Assembly (NCBI RefSeq): GCF_041956535.1
Contig: NW_027192205.1
Location: forward strand, 594,877 to 658,876
Direction of reading: 5' to 3'
DNA length: 64,000 nt
Source: Calcarisporiella thermophila CBS 279.70
Lineage: Eukaryota; Fungi; Calcarisporiellomycota
A program made the translations under genes and the position numbers. This document shows, piece after piece, positions 60,674 to 64,000 of this stretch. Under the pieces are notes generated by a model. That model worked only from the letters and a program-made list of their open reading frames with translations. It did no database searches and was not told where the DNA came from. Positions within the stretch are counted from its first letter, which is position 1. Each line of letters starts with the position of its first letter.

Positions 60674-63600
60674 ATGGAGTTAGAACCCGGCAAGAGTGAA
60701 GCGGACCAAGAGTGTCAGCTAGCCCGCACAGGTGATTTGCTTCTCATATTTCCTTCTTGAAAAATCTCTATATTTAAGCAACAATGCATGGTTAGACTTG
60801 GAAGTACAGAAACCTGTGCCCGCTGACAAAACGCCGACTTCTCTACCAGAAGGAATCCCTTCGCGTCCTCATGAGAAAATGCCAGTTACTGGGAAGGAAT
60901 ATTTTATTACACAGGAAGAACCATTCAAACTGTCGAAATTGGTAAAGGAGTTTCTAAATGACGAGAAGGATGGCGACATGCAAAGTGAGCATATTAAGCA
61001 AGAAGAAATAAGCAGTATGCCGCCGCAAAAAGAGAGTGCGAGAAATGAATACATCGAGTCCATGGATGACAGTACTACTACAGTAACACCTGGAGAGCTC
61101 TCCGAATTGAAATCAGTAAACGTTGATGCCGATACGTACCCAGAAGTATATGATGGACTAGCTGGACATGACTACGAAACCAGCGGCATTTGGCATGCTG
61201 ATATTGGATCCAAGATCGAGAAACACAATGAATTGGCACGTTTCTTGGACGAAATACCAAAGGAAACTACGAAGGAGAACATTTACGAGGTTTCCGCTCA
61301 TGAAAACTCGGCTCACGATATTGACGACGAAAGCTTACAGTTTAAGAAACTCGCTACGAATACTCCACCCGACGATTCTGAGCTCATGCCAAGTGCAACA
61401 CCCCACCAAAACTCGAAGTCTAATGAGACATTTGGGTTGGAGACCATCGACTTGGCCCCGTCCAACGTTACAGTCAACATCCCAAAACGAGATAACATGG
61501 AATTACCGGCGGATTACCCTGAAAAAGAGAGCCACAATTCGGAAGGAGCCAAAGAGCTAGATTTAATTGAGTCTACGCAGGACGAACCTCCCGGAGTAGT
61601 CGGAGTTTACGGTGTTAGAGACAGCGCTAAAGATCATCCCACGCTTGATGAAGCTCCTAGTACTCTCGAAATTGCGGCAGAAACTCCCACGCTTGCAGAT
61701 ATACCCGTCACTAATGACCCCTTTGCAGTGGATGTACAAGCCATTTTTGATGAGGCTGCTAATTCAACTAGCAAACCTGCTTCCGATATGAATGAGCATA
61801 ATTTTGTAGAAGATAATTCGCCAGACGAAGATATGAAGCGCAGCTCAGTAGTAAGCGAAAGTGTTAGAGAGCCAGCGACCGAGAGAGATGACAATAGTCA
61901 CAATAAGATGTTGAATGCCCATGGCCCACTATCAATTGAGGATAAGTCAATTTCCGGGGACCTATACCAGGGTGAAGAAGATATGGAGGATGGATCCAAA
62001 GAAGAAAGCGTGAGCTTGAAAGAATCGGGTGTTAGTGAGCCGAGCCCATCAGCTGTGAAGGCGAATCCTGAAGAGAGAGCTATAATTGATTTGCCCAAAC
62101 CCCAAATTCAGAATGAAGTAGGAGAAACAACCGCAGAAGTATCAGTGCTATTTGGGGAGCTCATAGATCAAGATTGCATTGAAGAGGATCCAAAAATGGT
62201 CGATAAAAAAAGCGAGGCAGTTCTTGGTCCCAAGTTGGAAGAAGCTACTGATGAGACGTACGAGATAAATTATGAACAGGGCGAAGAAATGAAAAGACTT
62301 GTGGATTTAGCAAGAGACAATGAGCCAGCGAAAGAAGTGATCCATGAAATCTCTCTGGATTCAATCGAAAATCCGAGTAATATCGAAGAACCTCTGGAGG
62401 AAAAGAGCTCAGTCTTGGATAGCGCTGAATATAAAGAGGGTGCATCTACTGATATAAATTGCGCAAGTGAGGATATTGACGCTTCCAATAACATCAATAA
62501 CCCGAAGGCCGCCGATGATGTTCTTTGTCTATATGGAAAGGATGTGGAGACGAACGAAGAAGCTACGCCTGAATTAAATAGAAAGGTTGTATCCTCAGTT
62601 GTCGACAAAGAGGCAAACCAAGAGTCAAACCCTGATACAAATATCGAACCACGGGTCACTAGTGAAAATAATGATGCTGAGATTTCCGGTATCACTGAGG
62701 ACCTTGAAACTATTAATGAGGTTCTCGAACCCTGCGATGAAAATATAGAACCAACCGATGAGGCGAAGCCGGATTTAAAAGTGAGATTTGAGCCAGCGGA
62801 TTTTGGCGAGAAGACCGGTGATTCCAATGACCCGACGAAAAATCCAGAAACAGCCAAGGAGATAGAAGAAGAGGTTGCAGTGGTTGCAGAAGATGAATTA
62901 GATGCAAAAAGTTCAGATATCGACCCCGTTAATACCGAGAAGGAGACTGAGTATGTTCATAACCCCGAAGTGAATGAAGAAGGGAAAGAGAATATGCTAA
63001 CGGTAAAAGCAGGGGATCATGCATCATTTGGTCTCGAGCCCGTCACTGCACATGTGTCCAGAAAAGAGACAGAAATAGCGAAAGGTATCCCAGAGAGTAG
63101 AACGGAAGTGATAGAGCACGAAAGAGATGAATCTTTTGAGCTACCTGTCGTTGATGAGAAAATCGAGGAGTTTTCAGCTAATGTTGAGCACCAGATTATT
63201 GAGAGTATGTCCAGAAATCAGAATATAGAGGAGATGGAAACGGAAATGAAGGATGAGACAAGATATGAACCGCATTCAACCGGCTTAGCTCCTACCACTG
63301 AGTTTGGACAATCTGTCGAGTCTGTCGAGCAGCAAGAGGGGCAGCATCTTGCCGTGTTTCATGAGAAAATACAAGAAAATGATAATGAGAAGGATCCTGA
63401 GGTGAACTTAAGCGCTGAAAAGGCCATCGATGAGATCAAAACGGGAGCTATACTCCTACCCGCCGAAGAGCATGAAGTCAGGATTCTCTCCCGTGGTCAA
63501 ATCGAAGAATTGCCGGTTGACAAGGAAAACAACTTGTCTACGGAAGAATCTCTTACGGAGGTGAGGAAAGAATCCCAAGCTGGTCCATTGTGTCCAACGA

Positions 63601-64000
63601 GCCAAGAAAGCGAGATTACTGATGGGTTGGCTCAAAATGGGAGTGTCAAAGCTCAGGGTATTACATACGACAATGAGTCGACCGTAGCTAGCCTTGATAT
63701 CACCCAACCGGTAACGCGAGACAATAGTATTGATGAAGCTGATCTCGACAGAGAAGGATTGGAGAAAAATAATGACTCTACTGCCGAAGTAACGAACAAG
63801 GAATTCAAAAAGGCAGAAGTATTATCTGATCGACAGGAGCCAAGTTTGACAGCCAATAATGAATTGCTCAAGGTGGAGAATGTGCTTAAAGATATATCAG
63901 GTGACAATACAGAATGTTTAGCAGCAATTTCTGCAGGACACAGCACAGAGCCGAAGATCGACCCTCGTGAAGCAATTACGGCAGATTTGCGGAAGACATC
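60674..64000 (+). CDS. Large acidic, low-complexity protein (partial; runs off the window)
   Basis: ATG 60674, intron ~60732-60796, then an apparently uninterrupted Glu/Asp-rich frame of more than 1000 codons to the window end. Confidence 0.75.

Noticed and set aside
1-64000. CRISPR arrays, operons, rRNA, intact LTRs or primer-binding sites
   Set aside because: None seen; the sequence is intron-containing eukaryotic DNA

Overview
A gene-dense eukaryotic window from an early-diverging fungus, most likely Mucoromycota. This is inferred from short GT-AG introns, a Cyr1-type cyclase, a plant/bacterial-type LeuA and a zincless Fpg. It holds about 21 protein genes: Fpg, Edc3, a small Cys/His zinc-finger protein, CutC, Utp10, mitochondrial SSB, an RlpA/expansin-like protein, a LEA-2-like membrane protein, adenylate cyclase, a BTB protein, a TPR/F-box/LRR protein, a MATE transporter, PheRS-beta, LeuA, Ade16/17, a DDB1/Mms1-like protein, Caf40, a tandem AAA ATPase, a partial large acidic protein and several orphans. 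An AT-rich island at about 43.7-47.4 kb carries three tRNA genes plus decayed L1-like and Ty3/gypsy retroelement fragments. Strongest leads: (1) the Cyr1-architecture cyclase keeps all catalytic residues but both adenine-specifying residues are replaced (K->R, D->G); (2) an L1-like remnant lies head-to-head just upstream of tRNA-iMet, resembling Dictyostelium TRE5; (3) LeuA lacks its regulatory domain; (4) the AAA ATPase has a natural Walker B E->Q; (5) a promoter-like region seems to serve only a 22-aa Pro-rich micro-ORF. All exon models were read by eye and no searches were run.
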